From a virus, in the IMG/VR virus record IMGVR_UViG_3300027908_000025: a stretch of 64,000 nucleotides of DNA, one strand, 5' to 3'. Every line of letters begins with the position of its first letter. The stretch's first letter is position 1. The position numbers were made by a program, and so were the translations under genes. Under the pieces are notes generated by a model. The model did not search any database, had not been told where the DNA came from, and saw only the letters and a program-made list of their open reading frames with translations. Below, piece after piece: positions 43,295 to 52,311 of this stretch.

Positions 43295-43798
43295 TCACAC
43301 ATCCTTTATCGAATTGCGGGCTTTCGCCAACTCATCGATTAGTCCTTTGATGTACTCGTCTGTATCCGTTGTGTTGCTTCTGTATGTAAGACTCATATCG
43401 TCTTCGATACCAGTCTCGATAAAGTCTTCCTCAGTAATGTCGATGAAGATCTCTCCTTCCTCTGTAGGAACTGGGATAGTATCGATCTGTGCGACAACAT
43501 CCTGCTCGGTAGGAATCGTATTGAGTCCACTACCTTTGTACGACACTGCATTGGTGCCGAAGAACTCCTCATCTCCTGGGAAAAGAAGCTCGAATCCGAC
43601 ATTGAATGTCCGCTCGTAACGCTGGATATAATGCGTTAACTTACGTCGCGCTCTGTTCGAGTCTTCCTTACACGTATCGCAGAACGCACTGTCAACTTGT
43701 GCGTAGTACACGCTGCAAGCAATGCACGCCCGATGTGATACACGCTCGGCAGCCTGCCTGTGGGAGAAAGGAGGTGGAAGCATTGTACGACGATCCAT
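43295..43798 (-). CDS. Zn-finger plus acidic protein
   Basis: CIAC...CDTC; GAGGA RBS. Confidence 0.65.
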   Translation of the reverse strand: MDRRTMLPPPFSHRQAAERVSHRACIACSVYYAQVDSAFCDTCKEDSNRARRKLTHYIQRYERTFNVGFELLFPGDEEFFGTNAVSYKGSGLNTIPTEQDVVAQIDTIPVPTEEGEIFIDITEEDFIETGIEDDMSLTYRSNTTDTDEYIKGLIDELAKARNSIKDV

Positions 43799-43820
43799 CT
43801 GAAGTTCCTCTCCTGCTGTA

Positions 43821-43848
43821 AACGTAATGCCTAGTTTGGGAAAGTCAA
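43821..43848 (-). promoter_or_regulatory. sigma70-type promoter
   Basis: TTGACT-N16-TACGTT. Confidence 0.5.
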
Positions 43849-43862
43849 GGGGTATAGCAAGC

Positions 43863-44528
43863 TTATTCGCCTCTGTTTATTAGCAGCACCTGTGCGGCTT
43901 GTCCCATAGGGTATCCAGATGTAAATTTCCGCATACCTTTCGCATTAAACACATCACCACGCAATGCAACCATCGGAGTATCACGAGCACCTTCGTACTC
44001 ATCAATCTCCTGTACGCTAATGTATGCAAGTTTCCCATCATCGTTCCAAGCAACTGTATCCCCCGGTTGGATATCGACTGCGCTGATAAAGGTAAAAGGT
44101 CCCCGCTTGTCGGGATGGTTGGTAAACGTTGTACCGGCTGGTATAAGTGTGTTGCCTGCCAACCATATACAGCGGTAGTAGTCCTTGATGTCCTCGACAA
44201 AGAAATACCACATACCATCACGCAGGGCATTGGGTTCATAATGATCTCCTACACGGTTAACCATCTTGTACTGTGCAGCACGTTCAACGGTGTATGCATT
44301 ATCATATAGCGTGGACGTCAGCATCTCGTCGCCCGCCTTCCATCCAAGAAGAACGTTATGTACAATAGGTCCTAAGATACCATGGTAGGGTCGAGAAGCA
44401 TCAAATCCTATTACGGTAGCACTAATCACATCACTGGACTTAGAGCGTGCGATAGCACCCCTCTTTGTGATGTATATGCTAATCTTCTCGCCAAGAGTGG
44501 CGAAACGTAGCTCTGTTCGTTTAGCCAT
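43863..44528 (-). CDS. Two-domain beta-rich protein, paralog family
   Basis: LG..I.IY...SATVIG...LLGWKAG; C-terminal GP..FI.A.DI..GDTVAW. Confidence 0.8.
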   Translation of the reverse strand: MAKRTELRFATLGEKISIYITKRGAIARSKSSDVISATVIGFDASRPYHGILGPIVHNVLLGWKAGDEMLTSTLYDNAYTVERAAQYKMVNRVGDHYEPNALRDGMWYFFVEDIKDYYRCIWLAGNTLIPAGTTFTNHPDKRGPFTFISAVDIQPGDTVAWNDDGKLAYISVQEIDEYEGARDTPMVALRGDVFNAKGMRKFTSGYPMGQAAQVLLINRGE

Positions 44529-45186
44529 TGTTTGTCCTATTAACGAGTAGAACTTTGCTTTCCATTTGAAGCGGATATCCGTTTGGGTAAGACAAAATAC
44601 CGTCCTTGCAGAAGACCTTGGCATTCAAAACAATTATAGCGTTCTCTACCATATCCTCACCTTCGTCCACATCGTAAACGATTGCGTAGGTAAGAAGGTT
44701 CTTTGTTTCAGTAAACCATGCAACTGTATCACCTTGTCTGATATCGGTAGCAGCAATAAACTTGAGCGGCCCTGCAGCTGGCGAAACAATTGGACCACTG
44801 CCAAAGTGAGTGTCATGGATGCTATGAACTTCCATGCCATAATATACGAACTTGCCATAGACAAACGTACCAATATTGGGATGTAGCTTGTATGCAGCAT
44901 AGTGATGATGGCCCGGAATAAACTGATCCATTCTGTCAAGATTAAACACACGCAGCAATCCCCTAGCATCACTGAAGTCAGTATAGTCAAGTCCCTGCAG
45001 ATACTTATTCGCATACGACGGACGATTATCCCACCCTAGAAGATATCTAGTTGGTAAGGCATTCTCTACGACATTGATTGCAACGACAGTAGCGCTCACT
45101 GTATCATTTGTGCGGTACTGTTGAATACAGCCATCCCGCACATAGAGATTAACAGTAGCACCAAGGGGAACGTTTTCGAGCTTCAT
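44521..45186 (-). CDS. Tandem paralog of 43863-44528
   Basis: Both domains shared. Confidence 0.8.
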   Translation of the reverse strand: MKLENVPLGATVNLYVRDGCIQQYRTNDTVSATVVAINVVENALPTRYLLGWDNRPSYANKYLQGLDYTDFSDARGLLRVFNLDRMDQFIPGHHHYAAYKLHPNIGTFVYGKFVYYGMEVHSIHDTHFGSGPIVSPAAGPLKFIAATDIRQGDTVAWFTETKNLLTYAIVYDVDEGEDMVENAIIVLNAKVFCKDGILSYPNGYPLQMESKVLLVNRTNNG

Positions 45187-45301
45187 TTCAGTTGCACCTC
45201 ACTCGGATGTCTCCAAGGAAAGATCGTGCTTCCTAGGCGTCTTTAGAGGCCGGGAAACGGCCGCTGCCTTGCAGTCCGGCAACGATAGCAATCACTAACA
45301 A

Positions 45302-45688
45302 TCACAGGCATTTTATCTCTCCGCTCACACCAAGATCAACGTACTGAAACTCACCGTTGGCCCACCCGCTACTATCTTCTATGTAATGATCTATCTCAGA
45401 ACCCAGGAAGACATGCTTTGTTTCGATACGCAAATACCTCTGTAGGTGAGCAGAATCTTCATTGAGATCGTACGGAAATTGGTTTTGCTTTAGGTGATAC
45501 AACCCATACGCTAACGCATTGAACAGTATTACAATGCGTTTCTTTGTAAGCATTTGCTGGAACGGCGGATCACCTCTGCGTTTATATCGTTCGTGATCGG
45601 CTCCATTGTACGCATCTACCAGACTTTGCATGAAAGCACGCAGAGTCCTATAGAAGTCGTTGTCCGGAAAGCTTATTCCTACTTTCAT
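45302..45688 (-). CDS. Hypothetical protein
   Basis: ATGA-coupled ORF. Confidence 0.65.
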   Translation of the reverse strand: MKVGISFPDNDFYRTLRAFMQSLVDAYNGADHERYKRRGDPPFQQMLTKKRIVILFNALAYGLYHLKQNQFPYDLNEDSAHLQRYLRIETKHVFLGSEIDHYIEDSSGWANGEFQYVDLGVSGEIKCL

Positions 45689-46128
45689 GACTTCCCCGGG
45701 TTAGGTGTTTCGCAGAACCAGCAACTTACATCCGTAGTAAAGACTTTATTCCCGCAGGTTTTGTTCTTGCATCTGGTTTCGGTACTTGTGTGTACTTGTT
45801 GCATTGGCTCCGTCATAATACCTATAGCTTCGTACTCAACAGGACACCACATCGCATCCGAGTATGAGAACTTGTTCTGACTGAACTTGAACATAGGAGA
45901 CGTGCCCATAAAGCTTGTAACCTTCGCAATTCGTGCATCGGTAGGCTTATTTTCGCCAGCTTTCCATCCGATGAGATATAGTCCAGGCCTACCACCAACC
46001 GTATTGTAGACACCAATAACTGTAACGCTAGTAGTTCTAGACATAGAGAGGCTACACACTTCCCCCGTTGGGTTAATATACACCGTAACCCTATCGTCCA
46101 TCTTGGGATTGATATCGATTAGTCGCAT
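45685..46128 (-). CDS. Same N-terminal domain as 43863/44521 plus C-terminal Zn ribbon
   Basis: V.VYI...TSVTVIG...YLIGWKAGE; C...C...C..C. Confidence 0.75.
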   Translation of the reverse strand: MRLIDINPKMDDRVTVYINPTGEVCSLSMSRTTSVTVIGVYNTVGGRPGLYLIGWKAGENKPTDARIAKVTSFMGTSPMFKFSQNKFSYSDAMWCPVEYEAIGIMTEPMQQVHTSTETRCKNKTCGNKVFTTDVSCWFCETPNPGKS

Positions 46129-46138
46129 TGTATTACCC

Positions 46139-46480
46139 TCAGCGTCCTGCGTGGTATCCGCACGAACAGTGCGCAACGATACCTTGTCCTAGCCTTGGCC
46201 AACAGTAGGGATGACTGTCATGTTTCGAGTAGATGTGCCACCTGTTAGGGTGATTGCATTCGGTGCAGATAGACCAGAGGAAAACATACTTCTGAAGCCA
46301 GAAGATAATGCGATACACAGTGTCGTTGAATCGGATACGAAACAGCTCACGTCGCACAAGACGCCTCAATCGAGCAATTCGCCCGGAAGCCATCTTGTGT
46401 GCAATCTCACTCCACTTACGAGCCATTTTTCTCTTCCTTCGGAGACTGCAAAGCTTGTAGGAGAAGTATGATCGCAGCAA
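46139..46480 (-). CDS. Zn-binding hypothetical protein
   Basis: CTECNH...H...C...HCSC. Confidence 0.5.
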   Translation of the reverse strand: MLRSYFSYKLCSLRRKRKMARKWSEIAHKMASGRIARLRRLVRRELFRIRFNDTVYRIIFWLQKYVFLWSICTECNHPNRWHIYSKHDSHPYCWPRLGQGIVAHCSCGYHAGR

Positions 46481-46610
46481 CTATAGGCCAAAGAAGTAGC
46501 AGCAGTATGGAAAACCAATGCCACATAGCATCTAGGGCGCTGCCCACCAGATAAAAGAACACAACACCAGCGACCCAGGCGAGCGTCAGAAGTATGATTA
46601 CAATAACCAT
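46416..46610 (-). CDS. 2-TM membrane protein
   Basis: Hydrophobic segments. Confidence 0.55.
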   Translation of the reverse strand: MVIVIILLTLAWVAGVVFFYLVGSALDAMWHWFSILLLLLWPIVAAIILLLQALQSPKEEKNGS

Positions 46611-46735
46611 TATCCCACCTGTTTATCCGTAGATACCCTCATATAGCATCCACACTAGATCATAATCACCGCATGAAGCGTACTTCATACGCCTATGAAC
46701 GCAGAAAGCACCTTTCGGTATGAAACGTTTTTCCA

Positions 46736-47182
46736 TTATCCTATCTCAATGATCTGTTGCGGTTCGATGCGACCGCTCACCTTACCACCAGGTACGAGCA
46801 TGTACTCTAGCAGGCATACTGCAGCGCCAGTACTAAGCTCTAGCTGTTTATTGGGGTCGGAGGGTTTGGCATCGAGGTCTTTGACCTGACAAGTTCCACG
46901 AGCTATCTCATCCTCGCCGAAAACGATAACGTAATACGCGCCGCACTTGGACGCAAGCTCAAGCTTTTTCTTGAGCTTGGCATTACGTGTGTCGCATTCT
47001 GTACGAATGCCACGACGTCTTAACTCACGAGCGAATACTAATGCAGCGGATGAACACTCATCAGAGGTAGAAACTACTACAGCATCAGAAATCGGATCAC
47101 ACCTGCGACATACAATAGCAGCGCCAAAGGATGCCTTGTACACCTCGGCACTTTCGCTTTTGCATGTGATACATGTAGTCAT
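46736..47182 (-). CDS. Zn ribbon plus stand-alone HisRS-type (HGTP) anticodon-binding domain
   Basis: CxxC..CxxC then A.ELRRRGI..E.D....KLKKKLE.A...GA.YVIVFGEDE...G...VKDL. Confidence 0.85.
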   Translation of the reverse strand: MTTCITCKSESAEVYKASFGAAIVCRRCDPISDAVVVSTSDECSSAALVFARELRRRGIRTECDTRNAKLKKKLELASKCGAYYVIVFGEDEIARGTCQVKDLDAKPSDPNKQLELSTGAAVCLLEYMLVPGGKVSGRIEPQQIIEIG

Positions 47183-47290
47183 TTCAGTAGTAGTATCTCT
47201 TGCAGACTTTGAGCCATTCGATGATGCACCATAGTATCACTATATCGGCGATATACAAAAGCACCCACTGCCAGATAGGAATATGCAGTA

Positions 47291-47608
47291 TCATTCGTCA
47301 GGACAAAGCCCTACTGTTCCGTACCCGGTAATTCCTTGACACCAGCTGCCTACATTGCAGCGTGGATCATCGCAGGCAAACACAATGCCACCATCGTCTT
47401 CGCCGCAAATCCAAGGAGTCTCGGCGTCATTATCACACTGCCATACATTACCCCACACTTGGTTTGTGGGACCGGTGCAGCATAGACTACCAGGATTGAT
47501 GGCTGCTTCTGGTGTGTGCTCTTCTACCACACCAGCATCAGAAGGTTCTGTGGTGGTCGGGACGTTTGCACACCCAATGCAAAGCACTGCTAGCAGTGCG
47601 CCTCTCAT
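47291..47608 (-). CDS. Cys-rich lipoprotein
   Basis: Lipobox CIGC; SDAG/DDGG motifs; 6 further Cys. Confidence 0.7.
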   Translation of the reverse strand: MRGALLAVLCIGCANVPTTTEPSDAGVVEEHTPEAAINPGSLCCTGPTNQVWGNVWQCDNDAETPWICGEDDGGIVFACDDPRCNVGSWCQGITGYGTVGLCPDE

Positions 47609-48060
47609 CGCTTCTTTCCCTTCTTCTTATCGTGCTTCTTATTTTGCTTGCAGTTGCGCAGTCCACATATAGGGCAGATCGGTAGCACAAGCGGAACACG
47701 GAGCGCTTCTCTTACACGTCGCAAAACCGAAGCACCCTCCGGGTCCAAGTGAGGATGCTCTGTTGCAACTTCCTCCAATCGCCCCATAAACCAATTGCGC
47801 TCATTGACAATCATTTGTGCCACAATCATTCGCACTTGCATCGTAAGGTCGGGACTAAGTTCGTTCTGCGCGAACATAACACGAGTACCATTGATACACA
47901 TACGCCATGCCGTGGGCACAACGGGCTCCATCGGATCTATTTCACGAGCTTCGTACTCTTCCTCACAGGCATAGTAGTATGAGATACCAGCATACTCTAC
48001 GACATGAGCGTCAGGAGCGTACTTTTCATTGAACCAAGCGATAGCGTCTTCGATATTCAT
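47605..48060 (-). CDS. Hypothetical protein with C-terminal Zn knuckle and basic tail
   Basis: CPICG..NC; poly-K. Confidence 0.65.
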   Translation of the reverse strand: MNIEDAIAWFNEKYAPDAHVVEYAGISYYYACEEEYEAREIDPMEPVVPTAWRMCINGTRVMFAQNELSPDLTMQVRMIVAQMIVNERNWFMGRLEEVATEHPHLDPEGASVLRRVREALRVPLVLPICPICGLRNCKQNKKHDKKKGKKR

Positions 48061-48064
48061 TGTA

Positions 48065-48436
48065 CTACTCGAACTCTACAATGGGGCAAACACGCGACTT
48101 CTTTGCTTTCATCCACTGCCTGACAAGTCCTGGCTCGCTATATTCGAGACTATACTTCCAAGCTAAGACACTAATGGTAAGTGCGATAGCGCCAACAATT
48201 GCTCCAAGCACGATGAAAGCAATCTTGGTATGCTCCCAGAATCCGATATAGAAGATACCATAAAGCATCGTAGCTGCAATTGTTGCAGCTACAGCAATGA
48301 CAGTAAGCCACAGAATACCAGAAAAGAAAACTCGCTGACAGTAGGAGCAAAGATTAGTCGTGTCTGGGATGTCAGAATAGTTGCTAAATGAACTTACCCA
48401 AATCTTGTAGTGCAAACTACTTCTATTGAGGACCAT
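48065..48436 (-). CDS. 2-TM phage membrane protein
   Basis: NLC.Y...TM..TM...CPIVEF. Confidence 0.65.
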   Translation of the reverse strand: MVLNRSSLHYKIWVSSFSNYSDIPDTTNLCSYCQRVFFSGILWLTVIAVAATIAATMLYGIFYIGFWEHTKIAFIVLGAIVGAIALTISVLAWKYSLEYSEPGLVRQWMKAKKSRVCPIVEFE

Positions 48437-48448
48437 GTTCTTTTCTCC

Positions 48449-48865
48449 TTACACGCCGTGAGTAGGGCAGCTATAGCTATCGCAGCTAGGATTGCTACAT
48501 GCTGCAGCTTTCATAACCTGCGTAGTAGATGTCTTACTCTCGAAATCGATGTGAGTAATCGACAGAGGACAGCGCTGCTCCGATACAAGACCACGCGCTA
48601 GCTTGACTCGTGTAAAGGTATTGATTGATGCAACACCAGGATACAGCCTAATATCTCCCTCGGCAGCTGCGAGTGAATCTAGGCATTTCTGCCAGCAATT
48701 GTCGTACAGCTTGCTATCCTTGTCTCGATCGTGCATGCGCTCAACGACAGCCTTTACATCACTGAGCGAGATGTTATGAGTCTCGCACTTGATGTATACA
48801 CGTTGACTACCAACACGCACACCATCATAGTCGGGCACAGGAATATCAGCGATAAAGAAGTGCAT
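48449..48865 (-). CDS. Hypothetical protein
   Basis: Start re-called to MHFFI (TGATG overlap). Confidence 0.6.
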   Translation of the reverse strand: MHFFIADIPVPDYDGVRVGSQRVYIKCETHNISLSDVKAVVERMHDRDKDSKLYDNCWQKCLDSLAAAEGDIRLYPGVASINTFTRVKLARGLVSEQRCPLSITHIDFESKTSTTQVMKAAACSNPSCDSYSCPTHGV

Positions 48866-49320
48866 CACATTCCTCCAAACAATGTGAGAGCATACAGCCC
48901 CAAGTAATAAAGAGCTGGTATAAAACCGATTGTGAGGAGTCCAGTCGCCCAAGCGAGCGGGCCATACTCCAAATCATACTCCCCATTGGAATGTAACCAA
49001 TGCCACTTACATCTTCGTGCAATGGCAACACCGAGCTTATGTGGGACTATGAACGCAGCAACGGCAACTGCTAGAATAACAAGGAGTCCAACAACGCACG
49101 CAACTGTACCCTTAGGGACAAAGAGCAGTCCTCCCACAAGGCCAACCCCAAAGGGCCAAGCGCGTGCAGCTTTCTTGAGAGAAGCTTTACGTTCCGCTGT
49201 AAACCAAGGCGCTCTAATGCGGGGAGATGTGGGCTCAACTGAAATCACACCATGCCTGTACGGGCCAGCATCCGCTTCTACCACATTGGCTCGACATTTA
49301 GAACAAACGACTTCGTTCAT
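48865..49320 (-). CDS. Zn-ribbon plus membrane protein, paralog-like to 12912-13454
   Basis: CSKC; TM pair; KW...W..G...P..YLG. Confidence 0.65.
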   Translation of the reverse strand: MNEVVCSKCRANVVEADAGPYRHGVISVEPTSPRIRAPWFTAERKASLKKAARAWPFGVGLVGGLLFVPKGTVACVVGLLVILAVAVAAFIVPHKLGVAIARRCKWHWLHSNGEYDLEYGPLAWATGLLTIGFIPALYYLGLYALTLFGGM

Positions 49321-49361
49321 TGCAGCCCTCGGATTAAAACTAGGGATGGATCGTTGGGTTG

Positions 49362-49736
49362 TCAAGCTCGTTTGCGGGCGAGCCACTCATTACCGTGAGA
49401 TGGACACGTACCAGCACTGTAAGTGCAGCCACATTTATTGCAGAGCACAAGCTCGATTGTGTTATCTACTGCTACCGGCTTGGCTGCAGCAAGCATCGGT
49501 TCTGTGGGAGAATCGTTTGCAGTATACCCACCACAATTAAGGCATATCATTTTCCCAGATAGACCGCCCTTGTATGCATTCACATTCTTCTTGCAGTACG
49601 CACACCAATGGAGTGATACAGTGGTGGAAGTGGTGATACCAGGTGCAGTACTCGACTGCGTAGCAGCATGGACGACATTCATATGGATAGCGAGGTTTTG
49701 CACCATAATGCCACACTTGACGCACAACGTAGACAT
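49362..49736 (-). CDS. Multi-Zn-finger protein
   Basis: C2H2 (CVKC-x9-H-x4-H), CAYC..CLNC, CNKC..CPSH. Confidence 0.7.
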   Translation of the reverse strand: MSTLCVKCGIMVQNLAIHMNVVHAATQSSTAPGITTSTTVSLHWCAYCKKNVNAYKGGLSGKMICLNCGGYTANDSPTEPMLAAAKPVAVDNTIELVLCNKCGCTYSAGTCPSHGNEWLARKRA

Positions 49737-49949
49737 TTACCAGCCCTTACCTTCTCGAAGTCTACCTCTGGTATTGAACACACTCAATACGGTTATAGAC
49801 AACGAAGCGGCAATCCACAAACCATCACATACAACTCCCAACCAACTATGCTTGGATACATCGTGCAACACATTGATAATCCATATAGCAATCGCGATGA
49901 CATTCACTACAGGACACCAGAAGTTGCCGGACTTGTACCACTTGTTCAT
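49737..49949 (-). CDS. 2-TM membrane protein
   Basis: Hydrophobic segments. Confidence 0.55.
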   Translation of the reverse strand: MNKWYKSGNFWCPVVNVIAIAIWIINVLHDVSKHSWLGVVCDGLWIAASLSITVLSVFNTRGRLREGKGW

Positions 49950-50305
49950 GACTTCCTCTTTACGGCTTGTAGAACATTCTTCTTGACTTCCTCGATAAGA
50001 AGTCGTTGGGCATCGGTGTCAGCGTAGACGCATGTTTCAAGAACTTCCTCTTCAATGTCTTCTTCTTCAAGGTCTTCTTCGTCGTCATCGTCGTCTAACT
50101 TACCGTACATTGCCATACGAACGTTATCGTTAGTAAGCTCATCAAGCTCTACATACTCAATGATATCACTAACTCCTGTATCGCAACGGTTCATACAGTC
50201 GAACATACCTTCTACGATAGCAGTCTGTACGTTAACATCATTGCTACACGTGAGCACATTTTTGCGCATCTCAGGAGACAACTGCTTTAGAGTTTTCGGA
50301 GGCAT
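49946..50305 (-). CDS. Acidic protein
   Basis: AAGGA RBS; central D/E tract. Confidence 0.65.
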   Translation of the reverse strand: MPPKTLKQLSPEMRKNVLTCSNDVNVQTAIVEGMFDCMNRCDTGVSDIIEYVELDELTNDNVRMAMYGKLDDDDDEEDLEEEDIEEEVLETCVYADTDAQRLLIEEVKKNVLQAVKRKS

Positions 50306-50349
50306 GATTCCTTAGAGGATCCCGCCGGTCTTCGTCTTTTCGCACATGC

Positions 50350-50595
50350 TCATTCATCCTCATCGTCGTCGTCGAAGACATGTTCCTTCATAGCGATTGT
50401 ACCAGCAAGAAGGAATAGCAGCACAAGGAAAAGAGCAACAAATGGACCGCCTGTAAGATTCCACAGCCAAAGTGCGATAAAGAAGACGCATGTAAAGATA
50501 GCAACGACACTCACGATGAGCAGTAGCATAAATGCAGCAACTGCAAATGATAGGAGCCAGCTGTAGAATGTTATCTTCTTCATCTTACTTTCCAA
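50350..50595 (-). CDS. 2-TM membrane protein with acidic tail
   Basis: Hydrophobic segments; DDDDEDE end. Confidence 0.55.
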   Translation of the reverse strand: MESKMKKITFYSWLLSFAVAAFMLLLIVSVVAIFTCVFFIALWLWNLTGGPFVALFLVLLFLLAGTIAMKEHVFDDDDEDE

Positions 50596-50776
50596 GATTC
50601 ATCCTGTCGGTGCAATCGGGACAGAAGGTGTGATTGCTCCTAGGTTGGAACAGCCACCCTTCGGGATACTTTGCTACTACGGGGCTTCTTGCGCCCAGAT
50701 CAGCCCTCACAAGGACATCACACGACGCCGCACAATCATCACTGTCGCAGAGAACCTGTGCCTTGAGATAAATCAT
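50585..50776 (-). CDS. Zn-ribbon protein
   Basis: CDSDDC...GW...CPDC. Confidence 0.6.
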   Translation of the reverse strand: MIYLKAQVLCDSDDCAASCDVLVRADLGARSPVVAKYPEGWLFQPRSNHTFCPDCTDRMNLGK

Positions 50777-51153
50777 TTAGCTCCTCCTCGCTCTTCCCAC
50801 ATTCTTATACCAGCATCGCCAGTATTGCCGTGGACTCTATCCCAACTAGAATTCTGGTTCGTACTCATCCACTCAAGAGGACTAGACTCCCCTGGATATC
50901 TTGTCTCTAAAATATGGACACTGCCACACTCGCAGCGCCAGAGACTGCCCCTATATAGTCGTCTAAACGTGAGAAGATAGAACAGACGTGCGAAGATGCC
51001 AGGAGGCGCACATACATGTGGACGCGGTGGCGGAGGTGGTTTGATCGGGGCAGGTGCACGAATGATTCCTGCTGTAGGACGTTTGCGCCTTGCTACGATA
51101 GCAGCAGTGCGATACGCCGTGCCACTACCAGGAATAGGACGATTATGGCTCAT
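50773..51153 (-). CDS. Pro-rich protein with HxC/CxCG Zn site
   Basis: PHVC.PP...GSLWRCECG. Confidence 0.65.
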   Translation of the reverse strand: MSHNRPIPGSGTAYRTAAIVARRKRPTAGIIRAPAPIKPPPPPRPHVCAPPGIFARLFYLLTFRRLYRGSLWRCECGSVHILETRYPGESSPLEWMSTNQNSSWDRVHGNTGDAGIRMWEERGGAK

Positions 51154-51434
51154 CCTGCAGCCTTTATAGCTTCATAGATGATCATAGCGGATAGACCTAG
51201 TGGCGTTACGTAGAAGTGTCTGACATTCCCGCCCGTGCACCATCGAGCCTCAATCCTTTTATCCCTTACAAGGATATCTGCTAATTGCATATTAGGAGCG
51301 GTGTACTGGAGACCTGAATCACGGACGCACACTCCGTGGCACCCGGATATGCCAGTTTTAACACCTAGCATAAACTCGTACTCTTGATGTGATAGAGTTT
51401 TCATCTGCCTACCTGATGCAAGTGCTAGGATCAA
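51150..51434 (-). CDS. Hypothetical protein (wHTH-like tail)
   Basis: VTPLG..A motif. Confidence 0.5.
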   Translation of the reverse strand: MILALASGRQMKTLSHQEYEFMLGVKTGISGCHGVCVRDSGLQYTAPNMQLADILVRDKRIEARWCTGGNVRHFYVTPLGLSAMIIYEAIKAAG

Positions 51435-51909
51435 TCACGCCCATATGTCGTGCAAAACCATCGATATCGTTTCTGTCGGGAACTTCAATCCAACCGAGAT
51501 TATATGGGTGAGCTATGTGTATGTCATCGCCTGGAAGAGTAGGGCCTTCGATGGCCCTGTAATCGCCCTCCACATAGTAATGAGGTGGCATAACCCAGCA
51601 CTTTAGTACAGTGCGGTTGTCAAAAACGCTTGTCAGCGAATACTCTACCACAACGTATCCCATCTTCTCTTCCCACTGCTTACGATGCATAACAGCATCG
51701 TTGTGTGATACGAAGATTGCTCTACCACACGATGCGATAGCAAGAGAGCTAAGCACCCACACAGCAATCCAGCCTACAGTACGCAGAAGCATAGCCACAG
51801 TATCCTTCTCGATCTTGATGACGAACGGAAGTTTAGGTGTGGGAGGATCTGCTGGGCGGGCGTTATCCCTATAGCCATGGATATCGTTATCGCATGTGGG
51901 ACACTTCAT
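51409..51909 (-). CDS. Membrane-anchored protein
   Basis: CPTC, single TM. Confidence 0.6.
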   Translation of the reverse strand: MKCPTCDNDIHGYRDNARPADPPTPKLPFVIKIEKDTVAMLLRTVGWIAVWVLSSLAIASCGRAIFVSHNDAVMHRKQWEEKMGYVVVEYSLTSVFDNRTVLKCWVMPPHYYVEGDYRAIEGPTLPGDDIHIAHPYNLGWIEVPDRNDIDGFARHMGVIDPSTCIR

Positions 51910-51914
51910 TGCGT

Positions 51915-52088
51915 TTACTTTACTTGACCGCTTTCCACGGCCTTGCGGAAGTGTGCGACAGCTCGCCTAAAAGCTTCGGCTTTACTGATATCTAGGGCAC
52001 CGGCAATTAGCTGGATGTCCGCAAGAAGTGAATCGTCCAAAGACAAATTGTACTTGGGCGTCTTGGTCGCAGTCTGTTCGTTGCTCAT
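51915..52088 (-). CDS. Ribbon-helix-helix (CopG-like) DNA-binding protein
   Basis: YNLSLDDSLLADI..IA....ISKAEAFRRAV; AAGGAG RBS; start MSNEQ. Confidence 0.8.
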   Translation of the reverse strand: MSNEQTATKTPKYNLSLDDSLLADIQLIAGALDISKAEAFRRAVAHFRKAVESGQVK

Positions 52089-52106
52089 TTGCCTTGTCTC
52101 CTTTTT

Positions 52107-52243
52107 ACGCACTGTGTAGGACACTCGCCTATAGGATCGCTGTCTCGCCGAGCGAAAGCCGGGTTGATTCGCATTCACCGGAAGGGGATACCATATACCC
52201 CTCGTGGGCCGGTGCCTTATGACGGGTGCCCTACACACTACGC
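52107..52243 (-). ncRNA. Candidate structured RNA or leader
   Basis: 12-bp closing stem 52113-52124/52226-52237 enclosing CACCGG/CCGGTG and GAGGGG/CCCCTT stems. Confidence 0.5.
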
Positions 52244-52311
52244 AAAAAGAGGGCCGTGGCTTTTCCTTTTTCTTGTCGAGAGCTTGTGCCTTGCTTCGAT
52301 CTAGTATAACA

